Shown here: positions 37,586-47,787 of the stretch, piece by piece | Layout: the number at the start of each line of letters is the position of its first letter | Numbering within the stretch: position 1 is the first letter of the stretch | Assembly: GCA_964642305.1 (NCBI GenBank) | Contig: CAZXOE010000003.1 | Coordinates: 33,685 to 97,684 of the forward strand | Reading direction: 5' to 3' | Length of the DNA: 64,000 nucleotides | Origin: an uncultured Candidatus Saccharibacteria bacterium | GTDB taxonomy: Bacteria > Patescibacteriota > Minisyncoccia > Phycocordibacterales > UBA1550 | Notes under the pieces: model-generated | The model's input: the letters and a program-made list of their open reading frames with translations, nothing else | Databases searched by the model: none | Told to the model about the DNA's origin: nothing | Made by a program: the position numbers and the translations under genes

Positions 37586-38800
37586 TTATACGTTACTCAT
37601 CACCGAATACATCGGTGAAATCATAGAAACCGCAAAGAAGCCGACTGATGCGCCTATGAACACCATCAATATCGGCTCAATAATTGTAGACATATTTTTT
37701 GTCGCTTCATCAACTTCATTTTCATAGAACAGCGCGACGTTTAGCAGCATTTCAGAAAGCTTCCCTGTTTCCTCACCCACCTCTATCATATCGCCAACAA
37801 GAAGTGGGTAAATATCTGTTTCCGCAAATACAGACGACAATGGAATACCTTTTTGCACACGCTCCTCGGCTAATTTAAGCCTGTCCTTGTAGTATGAATT
37901 TTGTAAAACATCCTTTGTGATAGATATTGCTTCTAGCATATCAACACCAGAAGAAAGTAGAGACGATAGTGTGCGAGCAGTGCGAGCAGAGTTTGACTGA
38001 CGCACAAGATCCCCAACAATTGGCAACCTAAACGATATATATTCAAGCCCGCGCTTGCCCTGCTTTGTGCGAAGTGCGAAAAAAATCGCAGTTCCTATTG
38101 TTGCAACAGCTATCACGCCAAATATCAAATGATTTGAAAGAAAGTCTGATATCCACATAATTACTTTTGTGCTTGTTGGGAGCTCTGTATTTAGCTCCTT
38201 GAATGTCGCAGCTAGTGTGGGTACCACATAAATAAACATCAGCACACCGATAATAATAAGGGTCGCGATAACGACAGATGGATATATCATCGCGCCTTTT
38301 ATTTTCTTTTTTAAAAGATAACTTTTTTCAAGCTGGTCGCCGAGAGTAAGCAGAGCGTCCGAAAGCCCTCCAGACTCCTCTCCTGCGCGAACCATTGAAA
38401 CGAAAACAGGAGAAAAAACTTTTGGGAACTTTGCCATACCAGCGGAAAGAGTTGAACCTTTACTGATTTCTGCAAGCAAAGTTTTCAGAGTTTTTTTGAG
38501 TGCGGGATTTTTTGTCTGGCGCTCCTGAATAGAAAGTCCGCGGGAGAGAGATAACCCCGCGGTCATCATTGCGCTCAGGTTGTGCGAAAATACAATCAGC
38601 TCCTGCACCTTCACGCGAGAGAGCATCTCGTTGATGGTATCCATATTGATAACAAAACCACCTGCGACTTCCTCCACAGATACCACAGACTTCCCTTGTT
38701 TACGCAACTCTGCAGCGACAGCAAAACGATCTTTCGCCTCCATCTCACCGGAAGTTTCATCACCAGACAGTTCGCGTACTTTGTATTTAAATTTTGGCAT
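37586..38800 (-). CDS. pilC: Type IV pilus / T2SS platform protein PilC (GspF family)
   Basis: Two GspF repeats, 3 TM, 404 aa. Confidence 0.85.
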   Translation of the reverse strand: MPKFKYKVRELSGDETSGEMEAKDRFAVAAELRKQGKSVVSVEEVAGGFVINMDTINEMLSRVKVQELIVFSHNLSAMMTAGLSLSRGLSIQERQTKNPALKKTLKTLLAEISKGSTLSAGMAKFPKVFSPVFVSMVRAGEESGGLSDALLTLGDQLEKSYLLKKKIKGAMIYPSVVIATLIIIGVLMFIYVVPTLAATFKELNTELPTSTKVIMWISDFLSNHLIFGVIAVATIGTAIFFALRTKQGKRGLEYISFRLPIVGDLVRQSNSARTARTLSSLLSSGVDMLEAISITKDVLQNSYYKDRLKLAEERVQKGIPLSSVFAETDIYPLLVGDMIEVGEETGKLSEMLLNVALFYENEVDEATKNMSTIIEPILMVFIGASVGFFAVSMISPMYSVMSNV

Positions 38801-38867
38801 TGCTGTTTACAGTATAACAAAGAAAAAAAGAAATTGTGCGAAACTTTTTTGTAAATAGAGCTCCACT

Positions 38868-40754
38868 CTATTCAGATACCACACGGAAAATTTCTTCTAT
38901 AGTCGTCAGCCCTTGAACCGACTTTACTATTCCGTCTTCAAGCATTGTGTTCATTCCTTCTTTTCTCGCCTGCTCCTCTACTACAGCCGAGGTTGCGCCC
39001 TTTATAATAAGTTCGCGAATAGTAGGAGACATTTTCAAAACTTCGTGGATACCAACACGACCTTTGTATCCGTCTTCCGACTCGTCCGTTTTTTTAGGAC
39101 GATAAAAAGGCACATCTTTCCACTCTGCTTTTGGGTCCACGATATTTTCTGCCTTCAGCACTTTCATTATGCGATCAAGATCAACAGATTTTTTTAAGAC
39201 CTCAAGCTCATCAGGGTTCATAAAATACTTTTCCTTCACTGCTGTAAGACGGCGGACGAGGCGCTGAGAGATGATAACGTTCACTGTGGAAACAATGAGA
39301 AACGGCTCAATGTCCATATCAATAAGACGGGGCATTGTGGATGAGGCGGAGTTGGTGTGGAGTGTAGAGAGCACAAGGTGCCCTGTGAGCGCCGCATTCA
39401 CAGCGAGAGATGCTGTTTCATTATCGCGGATTTCACCAACCATAATAATGTCTGGATCCTGACGCATAAGCGTACGTAGTCCAGATGCAAATGTTAGTCC
39501 AATCTCCGACTTTACTTGCGTTTGATTGACGCGCGACATTTGATATTCAATCGGATCCTCAATAGTTGAGATGTTTACGTCCGGCTCATTTAGCAAATCA
39601 AGGATTGTATAAAGTGTCGTGGATTTACCGGATCCAGTAGGTCCCGTGGTAAGGATCATCCCAACGCGTTGCTTCATCGCGTCGTGAATACGCTCAAGGT
39701 TCACACCGGCAAAGCCGAGCCCCTCAAGAGTGAAGCCAGACACCGATTCGCGAAGAAGACGCATAACAGTTTTTTCTCCATAGTAAACAGGGAGAGTTGA
39801 AACACGGAATGCAACTTTTTCTCCGGCAGATTCTATTTTAAAACGCCCGTCCTGTGGCAAACGTTTTTCATCAAGCTTCAAGTTTGCAAGAACTTTCACG
39901 CGCGCAACAATACCAGAAGCGGCAGTTTTTGGAAGAACCATTGCGTCGTGCAAAATTCCATCAATGCGATAACGAATCACCACCTGTGAATCTAGCGGTT
40001 CAATATGAATGTCTGATGCTCCCTGAATAATCGCGTGGTTCAAAAGCGTGTCAACAATTTTCACAACTGGCAAATCCTCTGCAAGTTTTTTTAAATCTTC
40101 CTCGCTTTGTGTCTCCTCTCCATCTGCAACCATTTTTAGTGAGCCTGCCTCCTTTTCAATAATATCTCCAAACTCCGCCTTAAGACTTTTTTGGTACTGA
40201 AGAAGAACACTTTTGATTGACTCCTTGTCTGTTAGTCGTGGAAGAATTTTTAAACCAACCTTTTTTTTCACGAACTCAATAGCACCGAGGTCGTCAGTAT
40301 CAAGCATGGCAACCTCTAGCGTGGTTGTTGTTTTTTTGAATGCGACAATGTTGTTCTTTCTTGCAATGGGCTCCGGTATTAAAGACAGAACTTCAAAGTC
40401 TATTTTTTGATCCTTTAGATTTACAAATGGAATACCTAGAATATACGCCTCAGTGCGACGAAGGTCGTCCTCTGAAAGTTTCCCGTCAGAAACCAAAATA
40501 TTTCCTAAATATGTTTTATTTTCCTCGGCTTGCTTTTCAGCAATGTCTAGCTCTGTGCGTGGCACGAGCCCTGAGTCAGCAATAAAATCTTTCAGTTGTT
40601 TGTTGTTAATGGTCATGAGGGATTGAATATTGAATATTGGAATCATTATATCAAACTTTGCGCACATATAATATGTATAGCTGTGGAATACACAAATATA
40701 AATCGCCGAGAACCATTCTGGCTCTCGGCGATTAAGACGATTAAACTGAAACAA
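38868..40754 (-). CDS. pilB: Type IV pilus assembly ATPase PilB (GspE family); true start probably MTINNKQL
   Basis: GSPII_E N-domain, Walker A GPTGSGKST, Asp/His boxes. Confidence 0.9.
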   Translation of the reverse strand: MFQFNRLNRREPEWFSAIYICVFHSYTYYMCAKFDIMIPIFNIQSLMTINNKQLKDFIADSGLVPRTELDIAEKQAEENKTYLGNILVSDGKLSEDDLRRTEAYILGIPFVNLKDQKIDFEVLSLIPEPIARKNNIVAFKKTTTTLEVAMLDTDDLGAIEFVKKKVGLKILPRLTDKESIKSVLLQYQKSLKAEFGDIIEKEAGSLKMVADGEETQSEEDLKKLAEDLPVVKIVDTLLNHAIIQGASDIHIEPLDSQVVIRYRIDGILHDAMVLPKTAASGIVARVKVLANLKLDEKRLPQDGRFKIESAGEKVAFRVSTLPVYYGEKTVMRLLRESVSGFTLEGLGFAGVNLERIHDAMKQRVGMILTTGPTGSGKSTTLYTILDLLNEPDVNISTIEDPIEYQMSRVNQTQVKSEIGLTFASGLRTLMRQDPDIIMVGEIRDNETASLAVNAALTGHLVLSTLHTNSASSTMPRLIDMDIEPFLIVSTVNVIISQRLVRRLTAVKEKYFMNPDELEVLKKSVDLDRIMKVLKAENIVDPKAEWKDVPFYRPKKTDESEDGYKGRVGIHEVLKMSPTIRELIIKGATSAVVEEQARKEGMNTMLEDGIVKSVQGLTTIEEIFRVVSE

Positions 40755-40760
40755 ACCAAA

Positions 40761-40964
40761 CTATTTTTCTGGTGGTGGGAGTGGGGGTGGTAAAGCAAAA
40801 AAGAAACCGATCAACGCCAGGACAGCGCCTACCAACTTAATAAACATCACCTCTCCGTGTGTTATAGATTTCAACACATACCCAGTTGGTGAATAATTAA
40901 ACAAAATTGCTCCAACAACGAACGATAGCACACCAAGCGCAATCGTAATCTTTGAATCCTTCAA
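40761..40964 (-). CDS. Small membrane protein with PPPLPPP tail
   Basis: ORF, two TM. Confidence 0.35.
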   Translation of the reverse strand: MKDSKITIALGVLSFVVGAILFNYSPTGYVLKSITHGEVMFIKLVGAVLALIGFFFALPPPLPPPEK

Positions 40965-41061
40965 TTTAATTCTCCTTTCAAAAAAACAATTTATTTAATT
41001 AACTCTTTCAAGTATAGCACAAAACTACAAAAGAGTAAAGCATCTCTGTGTCCGCACCTTA

Positions 41062-41089
41062 TTGACATCCATCTCTCATCTGATATAAT
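41062..41089 (+). promoter_or_regulatory. Consensus sigma70 promoter TTGACA-N16-TATAAT for nusA
   Basis: ttgacatccatctctcatctgatataat. Confidence 0.65.
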
Positions 41090-41139
41090 GGTGGAGTTAA
41101 TGTCCGTCTCGAAAACGGGCAATTTTTATTAGAAAAATA

Positions 41140-41241
41140 GGAGCAAAGCGACATATTTTACTTAACCCGCCAAAATTTTCTGAAAGAAAACTTAGGCGGG
41201 TGAGATTTTCAACCTCGCTTCGCTCAAAGAAAATCATCATC
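41140..41241 (+). promoter_or_regulatory. Conserved ~100-nt leader element upstream of nusA (paralogous to rpmB leader)
   Basis: aggagcaaagcgacata…acccgccaaaattttctgaaagaaaacttaggcgggt…ctcgcttcgctc…aaaatcatcatcATG. Confidence 0.6.
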
Positions 41242-42546
41242 ATGTTAGACTTAAAACAACTAGGTTCTGCGTTGGAACAGCTTGAGCAAGAGCGTGGCAT
41301 CCCCCGCGCAAAAATAGTAGAGGCTATTGAGCAAGCGCTTGCGGCCGCATACAAAAAGGACTTTGGGAAAAAAGGTCAGATTGTTCGCGCTATTTTTGAC
41401 ATAAACTCAGGAAAAACCGAGTTTATTCAGGTTAAAATCGTTGTTGACGAGAGCGCTGTTCGCATGCCAGATGACACAGACGAGGACGCAGAGACAAAGG
41501 AAAAGACCCTAAATGCTGATGCCCCAACAGGTGAAGAAATTTCCCTTCGTCGTTTTAGCCCTGAACACGATATTCTTCTTGAGGACGCGCGCCGAATCAA
41601 ACGTGATGCAGTTTCTGGTGATGAAGTAATCTTCCCTCTTGAGACTCACGACGACTATGGTCGCATCGCAGCCCAAACTGCAAAGCAAGTGATTATTCAG
41701 CGTATTCGCGAAGCTGAGAAGGTCTCCATTGTTGGCGAGTATGGTGGAAAAGTTGGTGATATTATTCAAGGCTCTGTGCAAAGAATGGAGCGTGGCAATA
41801 TCTTTGTTGATCTCGGAAAGACCACTGGTCTCCTTGCCTACGAAGACCAAATTCCTAGCGAACGATATAAGCAGGGCGAGAGGATCAGCGCTTATCTGTA
41901 TAAAGTAGAGGAAACTCCCCGTGGAATTGACGTTCGCCTTTCACGAGCTCACCCAAAGATGATCGAGAAACTTTTTGCTCAGGAGGCGCCAGAAGTTGCA
42001 GCTGGAACTGTACAAATAAAGGCGGTTGCTCGCGAAGCAGGCTCACGCGCAAAGGTTGCGGTATCATCAAGCGATGAGCATATTGACCCTATCGGTTCGT
42101 GTGTTGGCCAGCGTGGTGTGCGTGTTTCTACTGTTATGAGCGAACTTGGCGGTGAGAAAATTGACCTTATTGTATGGTCAGAGGATACCAAGAAGTTTAT
42201 TGAGGATGCTCTTTCGCCAGCGCAGGTGCAGTCTGTTGTACTTGATGAGGAAAATCACCAAGCAACTGTAACCGTTTCTGCCGATCAGCAGTCTCTCGCA
42301 ATCGGTCGCGGAGGTCAGAATGTGCGACTAGCCGCAAAGCTTACCGGATGGAAGCTAGATATTGTAGGCCTTCCCGGGGAAGAAGTAGAAAGTGTAAAGT
42401 CAGAAGTTGAAAGTGATACACAAGTGGTTTCTGAAACTCCTGAATCAGCAGACGGGTCAGCAGAGCCGCTTCTGGAAGCACGTCCGGACGCTGACCTAAA
42501 ATCGGCCGTGGAAGAAGCAGCCGCAGAAACACAAATAACTGAGTAG
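41200..42546 (+). CDS. nusA: Transcription termination/antitermination factor NusA (true start likely M at 41242)
   Basis: NusA N-domain, S1, two KH domains (GSRAKVAV…IDPIGSCVGQRG), acidic tail. Confidence 0.9.
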   Translation: MRFSTSLRSKKIIIMLDLKQLGSALEQLEQERGIPRAKIVEAIEQALAAAYKKDFGKKGQIVRAIFDINSGKTEFIQVKIVVDESAVRMPDDTDEDAETKEKTLNADAPTGEEISLRRFSPEHDILLEDARRIKRDAVSGDEVIFPLETHDDYGRIAAQTAKQVIIQRIREAEKVSIVGEYGGKVGDIIQGSVQRMERGNIFVDLGKTTGLLAYEDQIPSERYKQGERISAYLYKVEETPRGIDVRLSRAHPKMIEKLFAQEAPEVAAGTVQIKAVAREAGSRAKVAVSSSDEHIDPIGSCVGQRGVRVSTVMSELGGEKIDLIVWSEDTKKFIEDALSPAQVQSVVLDEENHQATVTVSADQQSLAIGRGGQNVRLAAKLTGWKLDIVGLPGEEVESVKSEVESDTQVVSETPESADGSAEPLLEARPDADLKSAVEEAAAETQITE

Positions 42547-42617
42547 TTACTTCCAACTTGCCTCGTCTTTGCGAGTACCCGAAGCAAACCAGGGCACGTG
42601 CAATAAATCCTGGATAG

Positions 42618-42650
42618 CGCCCAAGACGTGAATCTGGTGATTCAGCCACG
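42618..42650 (+). repeat. 30-nt double-hairpin repeat, copy D, followed by AGGAG/CTCCT hairpin
   Basis: cgcccaagacgtgaatctggtgattcagccacg. Confidence 0.55.
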
Positions 42651-42711
42651 AAGGAGTACCTCCTCGCAATGACAATATTCACTATTTAATTATTAATTAT
42701 TTACTATCCTT

Positions 42712-43248
42712 ATGAAAATGAACCTTTGGCACGATGTTTCGCTCGGTGATAACGCTCCCAAGGAGATCAATGTAATAGTTGAGATCCCAAAGGGCTCAAA
42801 GAATAAGTACGAAATAGACAAGGAAACTGGTCTTATCGCTCTTGATCGCGCTCTTCACACAGCGCAGGACTACCCTTTTGATTATGGATTTGTGCCACAG
42901 ACACTTTGGGACGATGGTGATGCTCTAGACGTAGTTTTGCTTACCACATACCCACTTTTCCCAGGAATCCTTGTGAATGCTCGCCCGATTGCGATTATGC
43001 ACATGACAGACTCTGGCGAAGGCGATGATAAAGTGATTGCTGTGCCTGTAGGCGACCCACGCTGGGGTGATGTGCATGACTTGAACGACATCAATAAACA
43101 CACGCTTAAGGAAATGGAGCATTTCTTCATAACATACAAGAAAATTCAGAACAAAGTGGTTGAGGTTTCTGGATTTGAAGGAAAAAAGGAGGCTCACGAA
43201 GCAGTTACGAAAAGTATTGAGTTGTATAAAAAGGAGTTTAGTAAATAG
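42712..43248 (+). CDS. ppa: Inorganic pyrophosphatase
   Basis: Family I PPase motifs (DGDALDVVLL, EIPKGSKNKYE). Confidence 0.9.
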   Translation: MKMNLWHDVSLGDNAPKEINVIVEIPKGSKNKYEIDKETGLIALDRALHTAQDYPFDYGFVPQTLWDDGDALDVVLLTTYPLFPGILVNARPIAIMHMTDSGEGDDKVIAVPVGDPRWGDVHDLNDINKHTLKEMEHFFITYKKIQNKVVEVSGFEGKKEAHEAVTKSIELYKKEFSK

Positions 43249-43254
43249 AGCATA

Positions 43255-43296
43255 AGCAAAAGCCCAATCGTTCAGCCGAACGATTGGGCTTTTGCT
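43255..43296 (+). terminator. Rho-independent terminator after ppa
   Basis: agcaaaagcccaatcgttc agcc gaacgattgggcttttgct. Confidence 0.8.
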
Positions 43297-43325
43297 TATA
43301 CCCAGTTTCTATTATGGATAAGATT

Positions 43326-43421
43326 CTCATCTTATATACCTCCACACCTACTTTTATGTACCTCATGTCATGTGGATTATGTGTATAAACCCCATATACA
43401 AAAAGTAGGTGTGGGGGTATA
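43326..43421. repeat. Palindromic MITE-like element, GGTGTGGGGGT family copy 5 (short interior)
   Basis: tatacctccacacctactttt / aaaagtaggtgtgggggtata. Confidence 0.55.
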
Positions 43422-43476
43422 CTATATAGATGTAAGAGAGAGTTAGAATAATTATTAATTTTAATTTAATAGGATT

Positions 43477-44373
43477 ATGAATAAAAACATAGGAATCGTT
43501 CTTGTAGCACTCCTTGCTTTTGCAGGGGTTACCGCAAGCGCGGAGACAGATGAGGCATCAAGCGTGGACGCAACAATTACAACAACCAACACAACGACTG
43601 GCACGACAGAGACAGTTGGTTTGCCACCAAAACCACCACTATACGGACAACCAAAACCGCCATTAACACCAGAGCAGAAGGCTCGCATGGAAGCAGCGGC
43701 TCGCGAGAGGGCTCTACGCTCTGGCACAGTAGTTCCAAAGCAGACACAAGGGTCATCGTTTGGTGAAAGAGCTCGTCTAGGCGCTACAACCACAGCAGCT
43801 ATTAAAGATATGCGTGGTGAGAAAAAGGAAAATCGCGAAGAAATGGAGAAACGAGCAAAAGAAATGCGTGGCGAGGTAGAAAAAAAACGAGGGGAAATCA
43901 AGGACGAACAAATGAAAAAACGACTTGAGCATGCTCGCAAGCAAACAGAACTAGTGAACAAACGATTGGAGCATGCAATAGAGCGCGTACAGAAACTTTC
44001 TGACCGTGTAGCAGAACGTTTAACAAAACTAGAAGCAGAGGGTGTTACTACAACCGTATCTCGCGGACACATTGCGGAAGCAAAAACAAAACTTGATGAA
44101 GCACGCACAAAAGCCGCAGGAATTAAACTTGCAATTGAAACAGTATTCGCAACCGCGCCAGTACTCGCTACGGCAACCACAACACCGGGTACAACTCCAA
44201 AAAATGTAATGAAGGACGTACAGGCTCTCGTAAAGGATGCTGCAAAAACAATCCAGGAAGCGCACAGGCATGTTGCTCTCGCAATCTCTACAGTAAAACC
44301 AGGTCTAAACAAGCCACGCCCTGCTACAACAACTCCAGCGACAGGAACCACGACGACTACTACAACTCAGTAA
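43477..44373 (+). CDS. Secreted coiled-coil protein with Thr-rich termini
   Basis: Signal peptide MNKNIGIVLVALLAFAGVTASA; charged helical core; the antisense ORF 43461..44351 is low-complexity. Confidence 0.5.
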   Translation: MNKNIGIVLVALLAFAGVTASAETDEASSVDATITTTNTTTGTTETVGLPPKPPLYGQPKPPLTPEQKARMEAAARERALRSGTVVPKQTQGSSFGERARLGATTTAAIKDMRGEKKENREEMEKRAKEMRGEVEKKRGEIKDEQMKKRLEHARKQTELVNKRLEHAIERVQKLSDRVAERLTKLEAEGVTTTVSRGHIAEAKTKLDEARTKAAGIKLAIETVFATAPVLATATTTPGTTPKNVMKDVQALVKDAAKTIQEAHRHVALAISTVKPGLNKPRPATTTPATGTTTTTTTQ

Positions 44374-44396
44374 TTTATTCGTTTAATTAAACAAAC

Positions 44397-44696
44397 ATGG
44401 AACAAAACATGAACATGGGCTCACAAATACCACCAATGCAGGAAGAAAAGAAATCAACAGGCCCAATAGTAAGCATTGTAATAATTGTGCTTGTTATGGT
44501 TCTTGGTGGTTATTACTTCTTAAAGCAAGTCCCCGTTGGTGATGATGTACTGACCACTACAGAAACACAAGCAGACGCAAACATCTCCGCGCTCTCAACA
44601 CAAGGAACATCAACAGAGCTTGATGACATCCAGAAGGATTTAGACGCCACAAATCTCTCAGGACTTGACGCGGGTCTAGGAGACATCTCATTCTAA
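44397..44696 (+). CDS. Small membrane protein
   Basis: ORF with one TM (IVSIVIIVLVMVLGGYYF). Confidence 0.4.
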   Translation: MEQNMNMGSQIPPMQEEKKSTGPIVSIVIIVLVMVLGGYYFLKQVPVGDDVLTTTETQADANISALSTQGTSTELDDIQKDLDATNLSGLDAGLGDISF

Positions 44697-44715
44697 CTAA
44701 CTCTCAACTCTCTAA

Positions 44716-44756
44716 AAAGAAGCGGGTAATCGCGTAGCGATTACCCGCTTCTTTTC
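44716..44756 (+). terminator. Rho-independent terminator
   Basis: aaagaagcgggtaatcgc gtag cgattacccgcttcttt. Confidence 0.75.
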
Positions 44757-44868
44757 TTGCAAAACCTGTTTTAAAAGGCTATATTGGGGCTTACTTGTCC
44801 CGTTAGAAGTTTCTCAATTTGCAACAAAAGATAGAGAAACCTAGCGTCGGGGCTGATTATATTTAATA

Positions 44869-45915
44869 GTGAATTTACTAACTAAACTTCGTACTGGGAT
44901 GAACGACATCAAAACAACATTAAAGGAGCTTTCAGAAAGCAGTGTAGAAATTACCTGCGAGGTTTCCGCTCTATCATTCGAAAAGGAACGCCCAATCGCT
45001 CTCAAGAAAGTTGGCGAAGAAATTTCTTTACCAGGGTTCCGCAAAGGGCATGTGCCTGAGTCAATGATTGCTCAAAAATTTGGCGATGCATTCATACTAG
45101 AGGAGATGGCAAACCTTGCTATGGACCGCGCGTACTCGGAGATTCTCACTCGCCACAAGATTCACGCCATCGCGATGCCAGAAGTGAAAGTTATGAAACT
45201 AGCAAAAGGTAATCCTTTTGAGTTCACACTCACCTTCCAGGTAATGCCAGAAATAAAACTTCCAGACTACAAAAAGATTGCTAAAGAGGTAATGGCTGTA
45301 GAAGACAAGAACGATGTGACTGACGAGGAGGTAGAAAATGCTTTGAATGAGCTCCGCAAGCAATTTGCGACAAAGAATGACGCTGGCGAGGAGATTCTCC
45401 CAGAAGTTACCGACGAGCTTGCGCAAAAGTTTGGACCATTTGCAAACGTGGAGGAATTTAAAACAAAAATTCGCGAATCAATAGCTCATGAAAAAACAAA
45501 CCGCGCGCGTGAAAAGAAACGTATGCAAACTATGGAAAAAATTGCAGATGGTATTACAGCAAAACTTCCACAAGCGCTAATTGACGGCGAACTTGAAAGA
45601 ATGGTTGGACAATTCAAGCATGACGTAGAGCAAATGGGTATGAAGTTTGAAGACTACCTCGCAACCACAAAGAAAACTATTGAGGAGATGCGCAAAGAGT
45701 GGACTGCCGACGCAGAAAAGCGCGCAAAGGTGCAAATTGCTCTCAATGAAATCTCACTTCTAGAAAAAATTGAGGTTCTCAAAGATGACCTTGAGCGTGA
45801 ATCAAAATTCTTTATGGAGAAATACAAAGACGCCGATCCAGCCCGCGTCCGTATGCACCTCGAAATGATGCTCGTAAACGAAAAGGTGTTCCAGTTTCTC
45901 GAAGCACAGAAGTAA
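44869..45915 (+). CDS. tig: Trigger factor lacking the FKBP PPIase domain (true start probably MNDIKTT at ~44899)
   Basis: Ribosome-binding signature GFRKGHVP; N-domain runs straight into the C-terminal arm domain; length ~340 aa vs ~430. Confidence 0.7.
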   Translation: MNLLTKLRTGMNDIKTTLKELSESSVEITCEVSALSFEKERPIALKKVGEEISLPGFRKGHVPESMIAQKFGDAFILEEMANLAMDRAYSEILTRHKIHAIAMPEVKVMKLAKGNPFEFTLTFQVMPEIKLPDYKKIAKEVMAVEDKNDVTDEEVENALNELRKQFATKNDAGEEILPEVTDELAQKFGPFANVEEFKTKIRESIAHEKTNRAREKKRMQTMEKIADGITAKLPQALIDGELERMVGQFKHDVEQMGMKFEDYLATTKKTIEEMRKEWTADAEKRAKVQIALNEISLLEKIEVLKDDLERESKFFMEKYKDADPARVRMHLEMMLVNEKVFQFLEAQK

Positions 45916-45974
45916 CTAGAGAAAATCCAACCAATTTTGACCTGTGGACAACTATTGACTTTTAATTACTTTTT

Positions 45975-46035
45975 GCTAATATATGCACATGAGAAGCCGG
46001 GGAGCGAGCGAAAGCAGCGAGCCGGCTTTTCTCCT
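45975..46035. terminator. Bidirectional hairpin between tig and DUF3800-like gene
   Basis: gagaagccgg…ccggcttttctc imperfect stem. Confidence 0.5.
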
Positions 46036-46037
46036 GT

Positions 46038-46886
46038 TTATGGGAGAACTAAAAATGGGTCAACTTCTTTAAACAACTTAGCTTTCGTCGACCCTACCCC
46101 TGACGAAACACTGAAAAGCTTTTTCTCCAGAATACCTGCTATCATTTTTTCATAATCATTTTTGAGCCTCCTTCCACCAACCTCTGACTGGTATTTAATT
46201 TTTGCAGCATATGCAAAGAGGTCAGCAATTTGTTCCTCAATATCATGATTCCTTTTCGTTACAAACGAAACAGAAGTGAGGGTATCCTTGACCTTTTCAT
46301 GATTTATCCCAAGCTTTGGAATCCCTGCGCCAAGGAAAAAATTCAAGGAGTCTAGAAGATGGACGTCTTTTGAGACAGAAGATGCTTCAATAATTATTTC
46401 CCCCTTTGAATCATTTGCGAGAAGGATGAGTAAAAAATTTCTTATCAGGAATGCCGTCGTATCTTTATGCACCTTTGTATCATCCCAGCCAGCAGTACGC
46501 GCATTTGTTTTATCAACTACAATAAAGAATAGTTTAATTTTTGAGTGAAAAAGAAATGTGTTTAAATCTGCAGTAAATTCTTTCAAAATTTTAGGGTCTT
46601 TTAATATAGAAAAATCATTTTCCTTTCTTCCTATTTCGCGAGAATGAAGCACTATGTTAGTTCTGCCCCAATATTTAAACTTTATCTGATCAGCAGAAAT
46701 CTTTAAATCTTTGCAGTCTTTTTTATTTATGGAGCACCCAGACAAGATATACAACTCAGAGGTAGTATCCTTAGGGCTTGCGGTTCCCAACTCGTCTATG
46801 TAAAGACGATAATGTTCTTGAAATTGTGGTTGAAGTTTTTTCGCCATAAAATTAGTGCTTATATTGTAGCACACACCACAACCCAA
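46038..46886 (-). CDS. DUF3800-like hypothetical protein (true start probably MAKKLQP at ~46847)
   Basis: N-terminal LYIDELGTAS resembles the YIDESG start of DUF3800; no housekeeping assignment. Confidence 0.4.
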   Translation of the reverse strand: MGCGVCYNISTNFMAKKLQPQFQEHYRLYIDELGTASPKDTTSELYILSGCSINKKDCKDLKISADQIKFKYWGRTNIVLHSREIGRKENDFSILKDPKILKEFTADLNTFLFHSKIKLFFIVVDKTNARTAGWDDTKVHKDTTAFLIRNFLLILLANDSKGEIIIEASSVSKDVHLLDSLNFFLGAGIPKLGINHEKVKDTLTSVSFVTKRNHDIEEQIADLFAYAAKIKYQSEVGGRRLKNDYEKMIAGILEKKLFSVSSGVGSTKAKLFKEVDPFLVLP

Positions 46887-46950
46887 GAGCCCGCGGAGAA
46901 GGAGGAACGATAGATTGCAGCTTACTCCCCTACGGCGCTAGAAAGGCACA

Positions 46951-46982
46951 CCTCTCTTACAACAAAACCCACGAATGTGTGG
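46951..46982 (-). terminator. Terminator hairpin after dinJ-yafQ-rsmE-hypothetical operon
   Basis: aacaaaacccac gaat gtgggttttgtt. Confidence 0.7.
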
Positions 46983-46988
46983 GTTTTG

Positions 46989-47783
46989 TTATTTATTACG
47001 AAGACGCGAGCTGAGTACCGATATTTCATTTAACTCATTTTGAAATTCCTTAGATATATTTTCTACCAACTGTGCACAATAATCTTCTATGTTATTTATC
47101 GGCGCAGGGATACTATGTTCGAGTAATACTTTAAACAAACCATGGTATCCCTTATCATCTGGAAAACTTAGGTTTGGATCAATAAACTCTAACGCTCGGT
47201 AAACACACCCATCAAACCTTTCGTCAAAAAAGCCAACCCCGCCAGAATGTTTCTTGAATTCATTATCTAAAACTGATTTCCTGTTATTAACTTCATCTTT
47301 AGTTCCACACTCACCATAAAAATATGGAACAGGTATTCCGTTGTCGAGACTATGGAACCTTACATCCCTCTCCTTGCAATAATCGTCCCAATGCTCTAAT
47401 ATTTTATTTCTGTAAAGGATTACTCTTTTGTAGTTCGGAATAATTTGTTCTCTTTGCTTACGAGTATACCCATTTCTCGTAAAACTTTTACCTAATTGAT
47501 TTAATTGATGTATAAGTAAAAAATAGTTTAATTTTGTGCTCACCCGCAAACAATCCTCATTAAGACCTTCGCTCAACAAAACAGTTCTACCTACAACATT
47601 TTTATTACTTAGCAGCTCATTGTCTGTCTGGTTTTGCTTCATTGAAGCGAAGATGCTTTTAAAAACCATCACTTGATTAAAAATTTCCTGTTCGAAATCA
47701 CTCTGTTTTCTATGGAGGTGGAGGTGGTTGAGACTTACAGAAAGAGCCCCTGCAAGATCATCAAATGGTGTCGTATATTTCAT
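46989..47783 (-). CDS. Hypothetical protein (264 aa); carries an Rx5H pattern (YRNKILEH) reminiscent of HEPN/Abi-like proteins
   Basis: ORF only; 5 nt downstream of rsmE. Confidence 0.35.
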   Translation of the reverse strand: MKYTTPFDDLAGALSVSLNHLHLHRKQSDFEQEIFNQVMVFKSIFASMKQNQTDNELLSNKNVVGRTVLLSEGLNEDCLRVSTKLNYFLLIHQLNQLGKSFTRNGYTRKQREQIIPNYKRVILYRNKILEHWDDYCKERDVRFHSLDNGIPVPYFYGECGTKDEVNNRKSVLDNEFKKHSGGVGFFDERFDGCVYRALEFIDPNLSFPDDKGYHGLFKVLLEHSIPAPINNIEDYCAQLVENISKEFQNELNEISVLSSRLRNK

Positions 47784-47787
47784 AAGG

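Noticed and set aside
41200-41241. N-terminal 14 aa of the nusA ORF (MRFSTSLRSKKIII)
   Set aside because: It overlaps the conserved leader element. The NusA N-domain alignment begins at MLDLKQL (41242).
43461-44351. 296-aa minus-strand ORF overlapping the secreted coiled-coil gene
   Set aside because: The translation is low-complexity (S/R/F/A-rich). The plus-strand ORF has a signal peptide and a helical core and is bracketed by terminators in the plus orientation.
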